Translations under genes and position numbers: made by a program
Assembly (NCBI RefSeq): GCF_964194025.1
Contig: NC_134472.1
Location: 16,616,001 to 16,680,000, forward strand
Source of the DNA: Convolutriloba macropyga
Taxonomy: Eukaryota
DNA: 64,000 bases
Direction: 5' to 3'
Notes under the pieces: model-generated
The model's database searches: none
What the model saw: only the letters and a program-made list of their open reading frames with translations
Told to the model about the DNA's origin: nothing
In this document: one piece after another, positions 45,320 through 57,819 of the stretch
Numbering within the stretch: the stretch's first letter is position 1
Layout of the letters: the number at the start of each line of letters is the position of its first letter

Positions 45320-48300
45320 GTCTGTACAGTTTGGCATTACACATCCCACAGGAATCTTGCAGCAAACTTTCTCTGTTCGTTTTTAGGGACCGCAGAATGA
45401 AGTAGAGCAAAATTATAGTTGAGATAATGCGATTTTATAGTCATCAAAGTTCTTTCCAGATTCAAACCTTTTCAGAGCTAGCAGGCCTAAATCTTTTATG
45501 GTTTTGTCATAGAGTAGTGGATAAAAAACAAAATAGCACTTGTCGTCCTAGTTTCCCAAGTTTTCAGTGTTTTTTGCAATTTATCGCCAATACGTGTCAG
45601 TTTTTAATAAAACATCTCAAAAACCAAAGGCTTGGAGACCAAAAACGTTTTTGCCTATTAGAAGGATATTTCGAAAACCCGTTTTTTTGGCTAAATAATA
45701 GGGGTCATGTACTCGTCTAAGAGAAACGCAGACAATTTTTTACTTTCTGCTATTCTGCCCTATCCGTTTAGTTTTATTCACGTTTTAATAGAGGGAGTCA
45801 GTCAAGCACACTAGCAAGTGACTCAAAATGTTCGGCGCCCAAAGTTATTCAAAACTTAAAATTTCTAAAATTTCTTCTTGTGTTTTTTTAAATCAAAGGT
45901 GTTGCAAAAACAACCCCAAGGTGACAATGACAAAGTCTATTTGATCAAGTGATAGACCAGAGTGGAAAAGAAGTAAAAAAAACTATCCCGATTTTTCCAC
46001 AATTTTAGCAGTTTCCCGCCCAGCTGTTTATTGGTCATTTTTTGCAAATACCTCAAAACCCAACCGTTGGAAAACCAAATTTTGATAAATTATCTTAAAT
46101 CTCAAAAAAACGTGAAGGTTTTGGTTTCGGCATAATTATTAGCAGAAGCTGATAAATGTTAGTAAATCTGTTCCCGAATGTTTGATGTCTTTTTATATGT
46201 TGATAATAATTGAATTGTTGTTACCTTTTTCAAAAAAATCGGAAATTTTTTAAATAAGAATGAAACAAATAATTTGACAATACTCATATTAAGACAACAG
46301 ATTTTCCGTTTTGTAACCTATAGTTTTTAAGATTTATATCAAATTGTTTTTGTTATTAATAAACTTTTCGACGAAGAAAGCAAACTATTCCCATCCGATT
46401 TACCTAACTATGAAATTTTTAATGCTCTCTGAGCAAAAATTGGTTACTGTTTTACCCAGGTAAAAATGAATAATAAGATTTTTAGAAGATTAAACTTAGA
46501 AGTTTACTGTGTTGCAATTTTGAGAAAAATTCTAACATTTTTTTCTTGAGTAGTATAGTCTAGTATAGTCTTGTATGGTCTGGTATCGTCTATTATAGTC
46601 TATTACAGACTAGTATAGTCTATTATCGCCTGGTTTAGCCTAGTATAGTATCCTATCTTCCAGTATAGTCTACTACAGACTAGTATAGTCTAGTTTAGTC
46701 TGGTATAGCTTGGTATAGCCCCTTATCTTCTAGTATAATCCAGTACAAGCTATTATAGTCTAGTTTAGTATAATATAGTTTGTTATTGTCTAATTTAGTC
46801 TAGTATAGTCTAGTAGAGTTTAGTACAGTCTCTTCATCGCTTTTCTCAGCTAAAATCAAACTTTAAGATTTTTCGAAAATCATTTATAAAATTTTATAGT
46901 GCTGCAATTTAGTAAAAATAATATCAAGATTTCCCTCTAGAGGCTATTAAATATTTCGAATCAATTGATTTTACAATCATCTTTACGAGTGAAAAGTTTA
47001 AACCAGCAATACACTTCCTGCGGTTTCTGGTGAGGTGAAAAATGAAAAAAAAATTCTTATTTTTTAAATATATTTTTCTCTTTTGTCATATTTTTGTTGC
47101 AGTTTGGCTATTCAATTGTATTTGAGTTTGTTTCAGCGTACTACCGCAAAAGATTATCACAAAACTAAAAGCTGTTTTAGAACTAAAAGTCAAATATTTC
47201 CTTTTTTCAAATAAAATGTTTGTTATGAAAATGTGTTAGTTTGTCATTCATCCAAATATTTAGCTTCGGCTGGTAAATATGGCCTAATTGCCTCAGATGA
47301 AAATCACCAGAATACGTATGAAAACCGTTCTTTTGCCTGTTCTTGGTGTATCTGGCTACGTTTATGACATTTTAACTCTACGAGCATCTACCAGTACCAA
47401 ATTAAACTCACTTATGTTAAGGTGGCTGCAACTTACAGACACTTTTGCGATGTATTAATATACTACAGAAGTGAAAATTGATTGAGTTTACTAGAAAAAT
47501 AACTTGATACCGGTGAGAAAATCGAGTAATTTTAATCGAGTAATCCCACTCTTGTCGATGAGTATTCCATTCACAACTTCACTCTAGGTTTCTCAAAAGA
47601 AACTCTTCATTATAATCATAATCGAATTACGAAATATTTTTTGTTAGATAACTTATTTTGGATCTTTTTCGTTTGTGTTGTTTGTGTGCCCCCCCCCCCC
47701 CCAGTACGATATGCACCCCCAGTTGCGGAGCACGTACCATTACACGGTATCGTTATGTCAAAATATGGCACGTGCGTCTGGGGGTGCAAATAATATGCAC
47801 CCACTAAGCTGAGTGGGGCACAAAGTGAAAAGATTCCATATTTTTAAAAGATAACCCCATTCCCGTCTTTTTTCTGACGCCCAATTACATCAGGTAACGA
47901 TATGACATAATGTATTGGGGAGAGGGGGGGGGGGCACAAACGCAAAGATCCTAACAACCTTTATGTTTTAGTGGTGTCCTGGTACTCATCAAGTACATGC
48001 AGATCCGACCGATGCTGTGTTGGATCCCATACGAGTTCACGAATGACAATTGGGTGGAATACGCGACATACTTTTGCTATGTCTCAAATACATTCTTGCC
48101 TATGAGCAGAGACATCTTTGCATTTGACACCATCAATGAGGTCGAGAAGGGAGACATTGTCTGGCTCAAGTATTATCACTTCACTTAACTGGCTGATATG
48201 AGTATGGCTAAAACTATTTGGCAAACTCGACTTTGAACAAATTTGAACTGATTTAACTGGGAACAGTTCAGTTATATATTTCTCTTTCTAAGTGATGCAG

Positions 48301-51300
48301 CTTTTGTCCGCAAATATTTTCTGAATCAGACCCCTTTAACATGGCAATTGGTCAGGTAACACGTGAATAGGTAGCCCAAGAGAACGTGAACAAAGGGGTC
48401 GAAGAAAAAACCCGCGGAACATAACTCCCAGTAACATAACCCCTATAGTCTGATTCTAATAGGAATAAAAAAAATCCGCGGAAATAAAATCCACATGCTA
48501 AAACTGAAACTCCGTCGTCATAATTTGTTTGGTACGGAAAGTTTTATACCAATTCTCATGGCACACGAGGCATGGCCACATAGGCTAAATACTCAGCTCT
48601 TTAACAGTAATTTGGGCGTTTATTTCCGTGAGGTATTTCTGCTACATAAAGTTAGGCGAGTTTTTTCCGAAACCAGGACGAATATTTACCACAATAATTC
48701 GAAATAAACTACCACGCTATAACACCATGCCAGTTAAAAAATTCTTACGAAGATGACCCTTTGATGCGTACAAAGTTAAAATCACCATCGCTAAATATCA
48801 TTAATCACAAACTTGGGACTTCACTTTTCTTCCACGTCCTTGCATTATCGCCCTAATTCCAATTATACTATTTAGGTTTGTTTGCAAGCTGGTTCAATAT
48901 TTGTTAGAATTCAATTTAACTCTCGTAAAAAGCATTTTTAAAAATATATCATAGGAGTTGATAAAAGATTGTCGCTGATATTATGTTGTACAATCTAGGT
49001 ACTACCAATGGGTGCCCTTGATCTTCATCACAGTGGCCATTATCTTCTACTTGCCCCGTCTGTTGTGGCAGGGAGTGTTGGAGGCAGAGGGCATCAACAT
49101 CACAGCCATGGTCAGGTCTGTCAACAACTATCAAAGTCAGTTTAGTCAATAACTAGCTATCAACATGGCACTCTTGCATTCTCGTGAAACCTCTCTTTTG
49201 TTTTTTTTTGCAGCCCTAAAAATTGCATTTTTCACTCAAATATGTTGGAATTAGGAATGAGATATAAGGCGAAAACTCGATTAGTCAGGCGAAATTTTGT
49301 AGCCATTGGGCAAAAATCCTGAATTAAAGTTTTCTGGAAATTGTTGGGCCAATAGCATTTAAAACATTAAAAAGAAGAATCCATTAGATGCTGTAAAGTT
49401 GTCAAGTGTCTCTAAAAACCGTCTTCACATGCAATCGAGTTACTAAAAGTGCATAACAATTGTATCATTTTATTTTTCAATGTTTCGCAGCTCTTTCAAC
49501 TCTACTCAGTGTCAACACAGCCAAAAATTTTAGTTTAAAAAAGTAACAAGGGAAAGAATAAAGAATGTTCAAAATTACTTATCAATAGTTTCAAAGGCAA
49601 CTTCAGACGTTTGAAAAGTCTGGCCGATACTGTATCCACCCAATATCCACCCGATACTGTAAAGTTGTCAAATGTCCCTAACAGTGGTCTTTACATACAA
49701 ACGAGTTTGATAAAAAGTACATGCAAAATGTATAATTTTTTTCTATGTCTTGCATCTCTTTTACTGTACTCAGTGTAAATATTTTGTTTCCTTTTAAAGT
49801 AACAGGGAAAGAATAATAAATGTTTAAAATACTTATCAATAGCTTTATAGTGAAAAATATAGGTTAAAAAAAGCACGAGAAATTAGGGAATTGGTGGTTA
49901 AACCATATCGTAGAAATGCGGAAAATACGGAAAGTGCTGGAAAAATTTTTTGATTGTTTCTTTAAGTTATTTTTTTTCGAAGTCAATTGTTATACCCGGA
50001 CCTAACGCCAAGTCAATTTCAGTACCAGGCAAGTCTAAATCCATGTCTTATTTAGGTTTCCAGTACCGGGCAAGTCTAAATACAAGTCTTACAAGTCTGC
50101 CAAGTCTTAACCAAGACTTGGATAACACTTGGAAGTTGATTCCCAAGTCAAAACCAACTTTTCAAAAAAATTCGAGTGAAATTTTCGAATTCAAAAAAAT
50201 TTCGCAACGTGCCACGATTTTGGCATTACTTTTTGGCCACTTTCCCGGGGTGCTAGAAAATGATGCCGGGGCATACCAAATTGATTATTGGGTGATATTA
50301 GCACCCCGGGAGGGTCTATTGAGGGTATTTCAGGTGTTTTGGGCCGTTTTCAGCCATTTTTCAGCCGTTTGGAGCCGAATTTTAGCCGAAAATCAACATA
50401 TATATTTCAGATCTTGAAATGTCTGGATATGCCAATCGAGGAAAAGTTATGAAGAAGACTGTGAGGGTTCCCATGCTGTCAAGGGGCCCAGTTTTACAAA
50501 GTTGTGGAAACCTGGTTGATAATAGTGGGAATCTGTCACGTAATATGGGTCAAAATGAGGACGAAAATGGGCATACGACAGTTCCAGTGCCGGTGTACAG
50601 ATTGGCACAAGAGCCAATCCTGCCCTCTGTTAGTTTAGCAATGTATCAGTGTATCCTAGCATACCAGGCATGCCATGGGCATGGGCTTGGGCATACCTTT
50701 GTATATTTTGGTGGCATATTGGGTGGCATATAGGCATTTCGGAGGTATTATTTTGGTCAAAATACACGGTGCTCAGTACCTAATTTCTCATCAACCAGTG
50801 ATCCAAATTTAAGGTGCCATATATAGTTTTGAAGCTTAGATAATAACGGTCTCAATGAGCCATGTCCCGTTTAATTTGACCCAAAATTGATGGAGTTATT
50901 AAAGATCTGGCGTTGTGACACCCGAAAATCTGAGGTATGCCCGATGGCCCATCGTTAGTAACTTTTTATAGAGTGATTCGATCTGGATGATTTTTTGATA
51001 TGAGTAAGCCTAATATCTGCCCTAACAAACAATATATGTGCGAGCTTGATTGCTATCAATTTGGTAGAGTTATTAATGATCGAGCTCGAGGTACCTTGTG
51101 TGTATGTAGGTCGATTAAGGCGGTGCTCACTACCTAATTTCTCATCAACCAGTGATCCAAATATATAGTTTTGAAGCTTAGATAATAACGGTCTCAATGA
51201 GCCATGTCCCGTTTAATTTATTTTTAGTTTATATCTTTTTATATTTTTTGGTCGCTTGCGGCCAATTGAGTGTTGACGGACCCTGATTTACTCTGAGCTT

Positions 51301-54300
51301 TTAGACTAAGTTGAGGCGTTTTTGACGTTTCCTCGGCTATTTTAGGCACTTTTTTCTGCTATTTTTGACGTTTCCCCGGCTATTTTTGACTTTTTTTTCG
51401 GCTATTTTTGACGGTTTTTTCGGCTATTTTTGACGGTTTTTTCGGCTATTTTTGACGTTTTCTCGGCTATTTTTGACGTTTTTTTCGACCATTTTTGACG
51501 TTTTTTTTCGGCTAATTTTGACGTTTTCCCGGCTATTTTTGACGTTTTTTTCGGCTTTTTTTGACGTTTTTTTCTGATATTTTTGACGTTTTCCCGGCTA
51601 TTTTTGACGTTTTTTTCGGCTATTTTTGACGTTTTTTCGGCTATTTTTGACGTTTTCCCGGCTATTTTTGACATTTTTTTCGGCTATTTTTGACGTTTTC
51701 CCGGCTATTTTTGACGTTTTTCCGGCTATTTTAGGCGATTTTTTCGGCTAGCCGAGACTTGGATTGAGAATTGCCAGGTCTTAAATCAGACTTGGATTAA
51801 GAATTGCCAAGTCTTAAATCAGACTTGGATTAAGAATTGCCAAGTCTTAAATCAGACTTGGATTAAGAATTGCCAAGTCTTAAATCAGACTTGGATTAAG
51901 AATTGCCAAGTCTTAAATCAGACTTGGATTAAGAATTGCCAAGTCCTAAATCAGACTTGGATTAGACTTGCCAAGTCTCAGCCCAGACTTGGATTTAGAC
52001 TGCCAAGTGTAAAAAGTGACATGATCATAGTTCTGAATCAGTAATGAAATAAGACTTGGATTTAGACTTGCCCAGTACTGAAATTGACTTGGCGTTAGGT
52101 CCGGGTAGTCAATTAATTTCATTATATTACAAATTGGATATTGCAGAAAGTCTTTTAATTTGCATTCACCTTAATTCCACATAACCAAAGGTAAGAATTG
52201 TGGCCCAATGGCTAACAAAACTTCATATTGCCTAATCGAGTTTTTGCCTGATATCCTACGCCCCGTTGGAATGATTCAGCTCAATGTATATAATGCATGT
52301 ATTACAGCTAAATGCATTTAGGGAATGAATTAGCGCTCAAGGATTTTGATTGGTAAAACGAAAAGATGAACCTTGAAATGCTTATGATGGACTTTGAAAG
52401 AAGTTTATTAATCGTTTTTTTTTCAACGCTAGCGGTATGGTTTCCGCTATTATAAAAATAATATTTACTAAGACTGTTACTACGTCGAAAACAGCTAAAA
52501 AGCCAGGCAAACCTTTATTTTAACATACCGATAAATAACGGCGTGAACAGAAATCGCTCGAAACAGCTCACAATGACGTATCCTAAAACAGAACAACCCT
52601 TAGAAACGGTCATTTCTCAAAAAACCAGACAAAGTTTCCAGAAAAATTTGACCGATTTTGACGAGTCACCCCAGTAGGGTTCCGAAACTATCATTTGAGA
52701 TGTAATATTGTTTTCTTGATCAGGTCTGTGAATGGGTTCGAGAGTGCATTGAACCCTGCAAACAGGGAGAAACAGATTGGCTTCCTGGCCAAGTACATGA
52801 TGGCACACTTCAGCAGCCGAAAGAAGCAATCCAACTCTGGAGGACTAAAGGTTCCGCATCATTTTGTGCAATAATCTGGTCTTTTTGTATCGCTTCAATG
52901 GATTCCATAGTTTTGTCGACTCACTGTGAATTGAAACCAGAAATACGCTTATAACATCTTGATCACATCTTATATCGGAACAAAAATACCCAAAAAGAAG
53001 AGGTCTTTGGAATAAAGTTATACGTTTGAAAGATTAACAAATTATGTAGCATGTATACCAACACCCCATCATAATTAAGGGTCGGTTTGTAGGTATGTTC
53101 ATGTGTCAGTTAAATGGTCTGCATTGTAAGTTAAGCTTTTGTTAGAAGATTCTCCATAAAATGATTTTATTTGACCATGAGTTGATAACCGAATTATTGT
53201 CAATTCAGATCTTTCAAACTTAAAAGGATCATTTACTTTGAACTCATTTTGAAACTGCGAAAAGTTGTGGGACAGTATTTTTTGTTTCAGAAGTTGCTTG
53301 GCAAGATCTGTTTCTTCTCGAGGAGTGATGCCTCATACGTGGGGCGGATGTACCTCATGTTGAAGTGTCTCCAGGTGGCAGTGTCCGTGGGAACTCTCTT
53401 CATCCTCAACGTCTGGCTGGATGGTTTCCACTTCTACGGACTCAATGTCCTCTCCTCACTCTTCACTGGCACATACGATCAGGAGGTACTCATAATCCTC
53501 TACAAGATTAAACTTCGGACCAAAATACTCACGATGATATGGTTGATTATTTAAACCATGGTGTCAATCCGTGCCGAGGATTTTGCCCAAAAATAACGGG
53601 GAAAAGAGTGCAAAGAGTGTAAAAATATTTTAAAAAAGTATACCCCTGTTTCTCCGCTTAATTAAGGGTGAAGGAGTGTAATTATTACAGTGAAATTCTT
53701 AAAAAACGAAAGTGGAGGGAGAGAGTGAGGAATGATCCCGCATCTTCACTATGCAGAACTTTTCACCTTCACTTTGTGCATTAACCATTACGCCAACTGA
53801 TAGTGCAATATTACGTTTCCAATGGTAACTGTGTAAGAGTGTAATTTTTTATCAATCCACCCTAAGTTACACTGGGCAGACATCTACCCTATTTTTGGAT
53901 GCCCTTCGACATTCATTATAGATACGAAAACAACGGTAAACAAATTTTCTATAGATAAGAAAACAAAAAAGTTGAGAACGTCCGTTTATCTCTTTGGTGA
54001 CCTCTCTAATAAATTATTTTACGTGAAACTTAGGGCCTCTATATCACAGATTTTTTTTCAACACCAAAAGAGTGGAAAGATGAGAACATTATTATCAATT
54101 TTATTGAGTTGCGAACCAGATCGAAAGATTTTTGAAGAAAATAACATTTTCATAAAATTCTGTGGGCACTTAAACTAAACCTCAAACCCATCTCGAAAAG
54201 TTTTTAAAATTGATTGGTTGAGTAGTCACAGAACTGAATAAATATGGGTTCTTTGCGACAAGATTAACAGAAAACATTGTTGTGGGGAAAAAAGAGAACT

Positions 54301-57300
54301 TTTGAGTTCTATATTGTGTTAATTTCTCCTGAAGCTTCGGGTAACTTCATCATTTCAGCAAACCGATGAAATCCAACTGCTGCACCACTTCAATCAAACA
54401 AAAATGTCATAAAACGTCAAAAGATCACCACTATTTTTGTTTTTAACAGAAAATTAGAAACTGAAATGAGGAAAATTTTTCGGGAAATTGAAAGTCTTTT
54501 TTCTTGAAAACTTTTGCGCAAATTGAAGCTACAACATATTAATTCCAATTGTTACATTTGCTGTCTAAAGTTTTATCTCCACGTTTGTTTTTTATCGGAA
54601 TACTCCAATCTATCATTACAAAAACTAAAATTTATGCGGTCAACACTTGCATTTTGCTTCAAAAGTAGACAAAGAAATTTTAAAATGACGATCAAGAAGA
54701 CAAGGCGGCTCGGTAATGTGCAATAGCACATACGATTCCAACCCCGCTCATCCAAAATTTTGGCATAATTGTCTACCAAATGAGGAACAGATAGAAAAAC
54801 ACAAAAAATTCAAGTATTTTTCAAATAACGAATGTATGAACGAAAAGATGGCCTCCAAAGCAAAAAAACTCAGTGGAGTAAGAAATAAAGCATTAGATTG
54901 ATGAGATATGCCGATATTTAGAAAGTGAGTGAAGACGAACGGCAAAATCAAACAACAACAACAAACATTAATTACATCAAAAAATTTATGTCCGTTTTAA
55001 AAAACAAAACTTAATAACAAAGTCAAAATAGCGTCAGATAAAACTGAAAATAAACAAAATAGTTTGTAATTCACCACAAAAAATGGTTATTCACCAGTTC
55101 ATAATAAAGCTTGGAAACAATTAGACAAAAAAGAACAGAAACTTTCAAGTTAGCTAATTAGGTCGCTGAATTTTTTTAAAGAAAACAATTACTTTCAAAG
55201 CAATGAAAACCATTAGGAATCAACTAAAACATCCCATAGGTTTACAGTTACCAATGTTTCTATATAAGGGAATTAAGAACTCCTGTTATTCAATTTTTTT
55301 GCAGTTACAAAAAGAACAACAAATAGACAACGAACTAAACAAACTAAAAATCAATTAAAACTTGCCACAAAATGCTTTGGAAGCCGTAAAGCCATACTTT
55401 GGCCCGCAAAATATGTTCGATTGCACCTTCGATGACCACTGGTAATGTTTTATGCGGCCGCTCATTAATGATAATAAACAACAATTAGACAAAAAGGAAA
55501 AAATGCAAAATTATGTAATACTTAATTTTTTTTTGAAAAAAAATTATTTCCAAAAAATTGAAAGCCATTAATTACAAAACGAAAAAAATGAATAGGTTCG
55601 TCCATTCTTCCAAAAGAAGCCCTTGAGACCTGAAATTATCCAGAATATGTCTGACGTCTACAAAAAGAACGTCAAATATGACAAAAATCAAAAATTCAAT
55701 TTTTTTTAAAAACCCGTGTTGAATCAATAAAGTCATAACGAATTCTCTTATAACATTAACATTAGATTTTGTGACACCAATCCCTTTTGATACCTTCCCA
55801 TGAAATGTATTATGTAACCTCTCTTTAATGAAACTAGGTAATAATTAGACTAAAAAGAAAAAAGCAAGATTATGTAAAACTTGTTTTTATCAAAAAAAAT
55901 TTATTTCCAAAGACATGAAAGCCACTAATTACAAAATGAAAAATTGAATAGGTTCATTTAATCTTTCAAAGGAAGCCCTCGAGACCTAAAATTATCCAGA
56001 ACAAGTCTTACGTCTACAAAAAGAATGTCAAATATGACAAAATATCAAAAATTAATTTACTTTTTTTCGTGAAAAACCCGTGTCGAAGCCAGTAAATTCA
56101 TAACGAATTCTTTAAAAACATTAGATTTTGGGACACCAATCCCTTTTGACAGCTTCCCTTACCAAAAAAATGTCATCTTCAACATTTAATTAACGAGACC
56201 AGGTAACAAACAGACAATAAAAGGAACAAAATTAAGAAGTTGAAATGTTTTTTTTTTAATATTGGAAAACAATTGTCTTCAAAGTCATGATAGCCATTAT
56301 GTATCTCCTAATATCAGAACATCGGCTAATCTACTCCTCCAGGAAAAGCCAATCAAACCGGGCAATTGTACAGGAAATTAAATACGACTAAAAAGGCAAA
56401 GTAAAAGCGATAGCTAAAGACAAAATTATAAAATTCGATTTAATTCTTCGAGAAAGTATTGTCGAAGCGGTATTGTCTTCGAGAAAGTATTGTCTATATC
56501 TGTAAAGAATTAATTATTATCAATTTTGCGTTATTTTGAACGCGAAAAATTTGATATGTGAACTGACAATAACACGATAATTTGACAAAATTAGAAAACA
56601 TGAAAAATGGGCAAACACCTAAAAATTAAAAAAAATTTGTGAAATCTATTAGTATCAAAACCAGAACACCATAACTTAAGGCGTAAAACCGCAATGGAGA
56701 CTAACTTTGAATTCAGCAGAAAGATGGAGCACTCTTTGATTGCTGACACTAAGCTACAAGTTGACCAAATTAATAGAAAAATGGAGGCAAAGTTCAATAA
56801 GCCATTTTTTATTTAAAAAGCAAATATTTTAAAAGTCAAGACGGCCATAAGCATTCAAGGAATCAACTAGACAAAATTATTTCGAGCTAATTAGGAAGCC
56901 AATAGGACCTATCACTAGTGAGCTTTGATTTGAAATGTTCTGTTTTTTAATTAATATAAAAAAGATCAATTTTTTTTAATAAAAAACCGACCGATGACAA
57001 TCCGAATTATTTTTGGATTGTAACGGTCCAATCTTGACGGTTTAGGTGCGATACTTCTGTATCGTAACAATTTGCTTTTTTCTTTTTAAAACAGAAGAAC
57101 AGTGCCTTCCCTCTGGTGTCTGTTTGTGAGATGGACAAGAGAGACTTGGGAGACGACAAGACGTACAGATTCCAGTGTCTGTTGACCATGAATTTATTCA
57201 ACGAGAAGATATTTGTCCTGTTCTGGTTCTACCTGGTCTACGTCGCCATTTCCACCATCATCAACGCTTTCTTCTGGTTCATGAAGGTACACAAATTAAA

Positions 57301-57819
57301 GCTTCTCTGATGTAGACCTCGACTTATCAATTAGGTATCCTAGATCCAATCCAAAGTGCCTATAAATGAATTCATACAGGCCCGCAATAAAAATCAGCAT
57401 GGCCAGATGCAACAAAATGTTAATATTCGATTAAAAACGTAAGAAATCTACAATTTTTTGGTTAACGAAGCTAAAGACTTTTGTTTATAATTAGTCGAAC
57501 ATTTAAAAATTTTTCATCACAGGTGATACAAACGAACAAGCGTGAGGCTTACATTCGAACTCTTCTCAAGCTTTCAAAGAGTGCCGACATTGACTTCGAC
57601 AACCCCGAACACAAAACCCTCTTCCGCGACTTCGTCCAGAAATTCCTGAAGCCCGATGGAGTTTTCACATTCCGACTGATCAATGCCAACACGACTACAG
57701 TCGTCATGCATGAAATCACCGGAAAATTGTGGAATCTCTGGAAAGAGGAGAAGGAAAAAAGGGAAGGCTTGAAGGAAGTTTCAAATGGCAAAGGAAAAGA
57801 CGGACGAATGAATCGATAA
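45210..57819 (+). CDS. inx: Innexin gap-junction gene, 7 coding exons, 411 aa: join(45210..45319,47972..48169,48999..49115,52724..52850,53291..53485,57095..57286,57523..57819)
   Basis: All six introns are GT-AG with matching phases; total 1236 nt. Innexin signatures DSIDRL, CWIP..F...W..Y...FCY..NT, YYQWVP, FYLPRLLW, FP.VSVC, QCLL.MNLFNEKIFV.FWF and FL.PDGVF..RLI..N; two Cys per extracellular loop. Confidence 0.92.
46551..46830. repeat. 10-bp minisatellite (tagtatagtc)n in innexin intron 1
   Basis: About 28 degenerate copies of TAGTATAGTC. Confidence 0.9.
47660..47951. mobile_element. MITE-like element (TIR GGATCTTTT.CGTTTGTG.CCCCCC) in innexin intron 1
   Basis: Left end ggatctttttcgtttgtg..gccccc; right ends ggggcacaaagtgaaaagattcc (~47838) and gggggcacaaacgcaaagatcc (~47951). 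Internal gcacgtgcgtctggg..tgcaccc.ctaagc is shared with 62592-62739. Confidence 0.7.
47972..48169 (+). CDS. inx: Innexin exon 2
   Basis: GVLVLIKYMQIRPMLCWIPYEFTNDNWVEYATYFCYVSNTF...WLK; ttttag acceptor. Confidence 0.9.
48999..49115 (+). CDS. inx: Innexin exon 3
   Basis: YYQWVPLIFITVAIIFYLPRLLW signature. Confidence 0.93.
51320..51750. repeat. ~21-bp minisatellite (cggctatttttgacgtttttt)n
   Basis: About 20 head-to-tail copies. Confidence 0.95.
51757..52010. repeat. 33-bp minisatellite (cttggattaagaattgccaagtcttaaatcaga)n
   Basis: About 7 head-to-tail copies without spacers; subterminal repeats of the TIR element. Confidence 0.95.
52724..52850 (+). CDS. inx: Innexin exon 4
   Basis: SVNGFESALNPANREKQIGFLAKYMMAHF... 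(cytoplasmic loop, L.KY motif); phases fit both neighbours. Confidence 0.8.
53291..53485 (+). CDS. inx: Innexin exon 5
   Basis: SYVGRMYLMLKCLQVAVSVGTLFILNVWLDGFHFYGLNVL (TM3); tttgtttcag acceptor, GAG|GT donor. Confidence 0.88.
55100..56500. repeat. Degenerate tandem repeat, ~360-bp unit, ~4 copies, in innexin intron 5
   Basis: aattagac.aaaaagaa...gaaagcca.taattacaaa recurs at ~55119, 55482, 55841 and 56205. Confidence 0.7.
57095..57286 (+). CDS. inx: Innexin exon 6
   Basis: AFPLVSVCEM...FQCLLTMNLFNEKIFVLFWFYL; NAGNAG acceptor (57095 or 57098). Confidence 0.93.
57523..57819 (+). CDS. inx: Innexin exon 7 (terminal)
   Basis: FVQKFLKPDGVFTFRLINANT...ITGKLW; stop TAA at 57819; AATAAA at ~57914. 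Confidence 0.92.
   Translation: MIQTNKREAYIRTLLKLSKSADIDFDNPEHKTLFRDFVQKFLKPDGVFTFRLINANTTTVVMHEITGKLWNLWKEEKEKREGLKEVSNGKGKDGRMNR

Larger units (their letters stand above)
49995..52105. mobile_element. Non-autonomous TIR (foldback-like) DNA element flanked by TA, with internal minisatellites
   Basis: TA|CCCGGACCTAACGCCAAGTCAATTTCAGTAC...GTACTGAAATTGACTTGGCGTTAGGTCCGGG|TA: 31-bp perfect TIR extending imperfectly to ~60 bp. No transposase ORF. Confidence 0.85.
49260..52258. mobile_element. Older TIR element in innexin intron 3 (outer element of a nest)
   Basis: gatataaggcgaaaactcgattagtca..ttttgtagccattgggc (~49261-49311) is the imperfect reverse complement of gcccaatggctaacaaaac..tgcctaatcgagtttttgcctgatatc (~52203-52255). 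Confidence 0.6.

Noticed and set aside
49136-49141. GTCAGT as the innexin exon 3 donor
   Set aside because: It is phase 1 and no matching AG acceptor keeps exon 4 in frame; the CAG|GT at 49115/49116 does.
51402-51674. Lys-rich 90-aa ORF
   Set aside because: It is a translation of the 21-bp minisatellite.
51757-52010. 33-bp repeats as a CRISPR array
   Set aside because: Units are head-to-tail with no unique spacers, no cas genes are present, and the array lies inside a TIR element in a eukaryotic intron.
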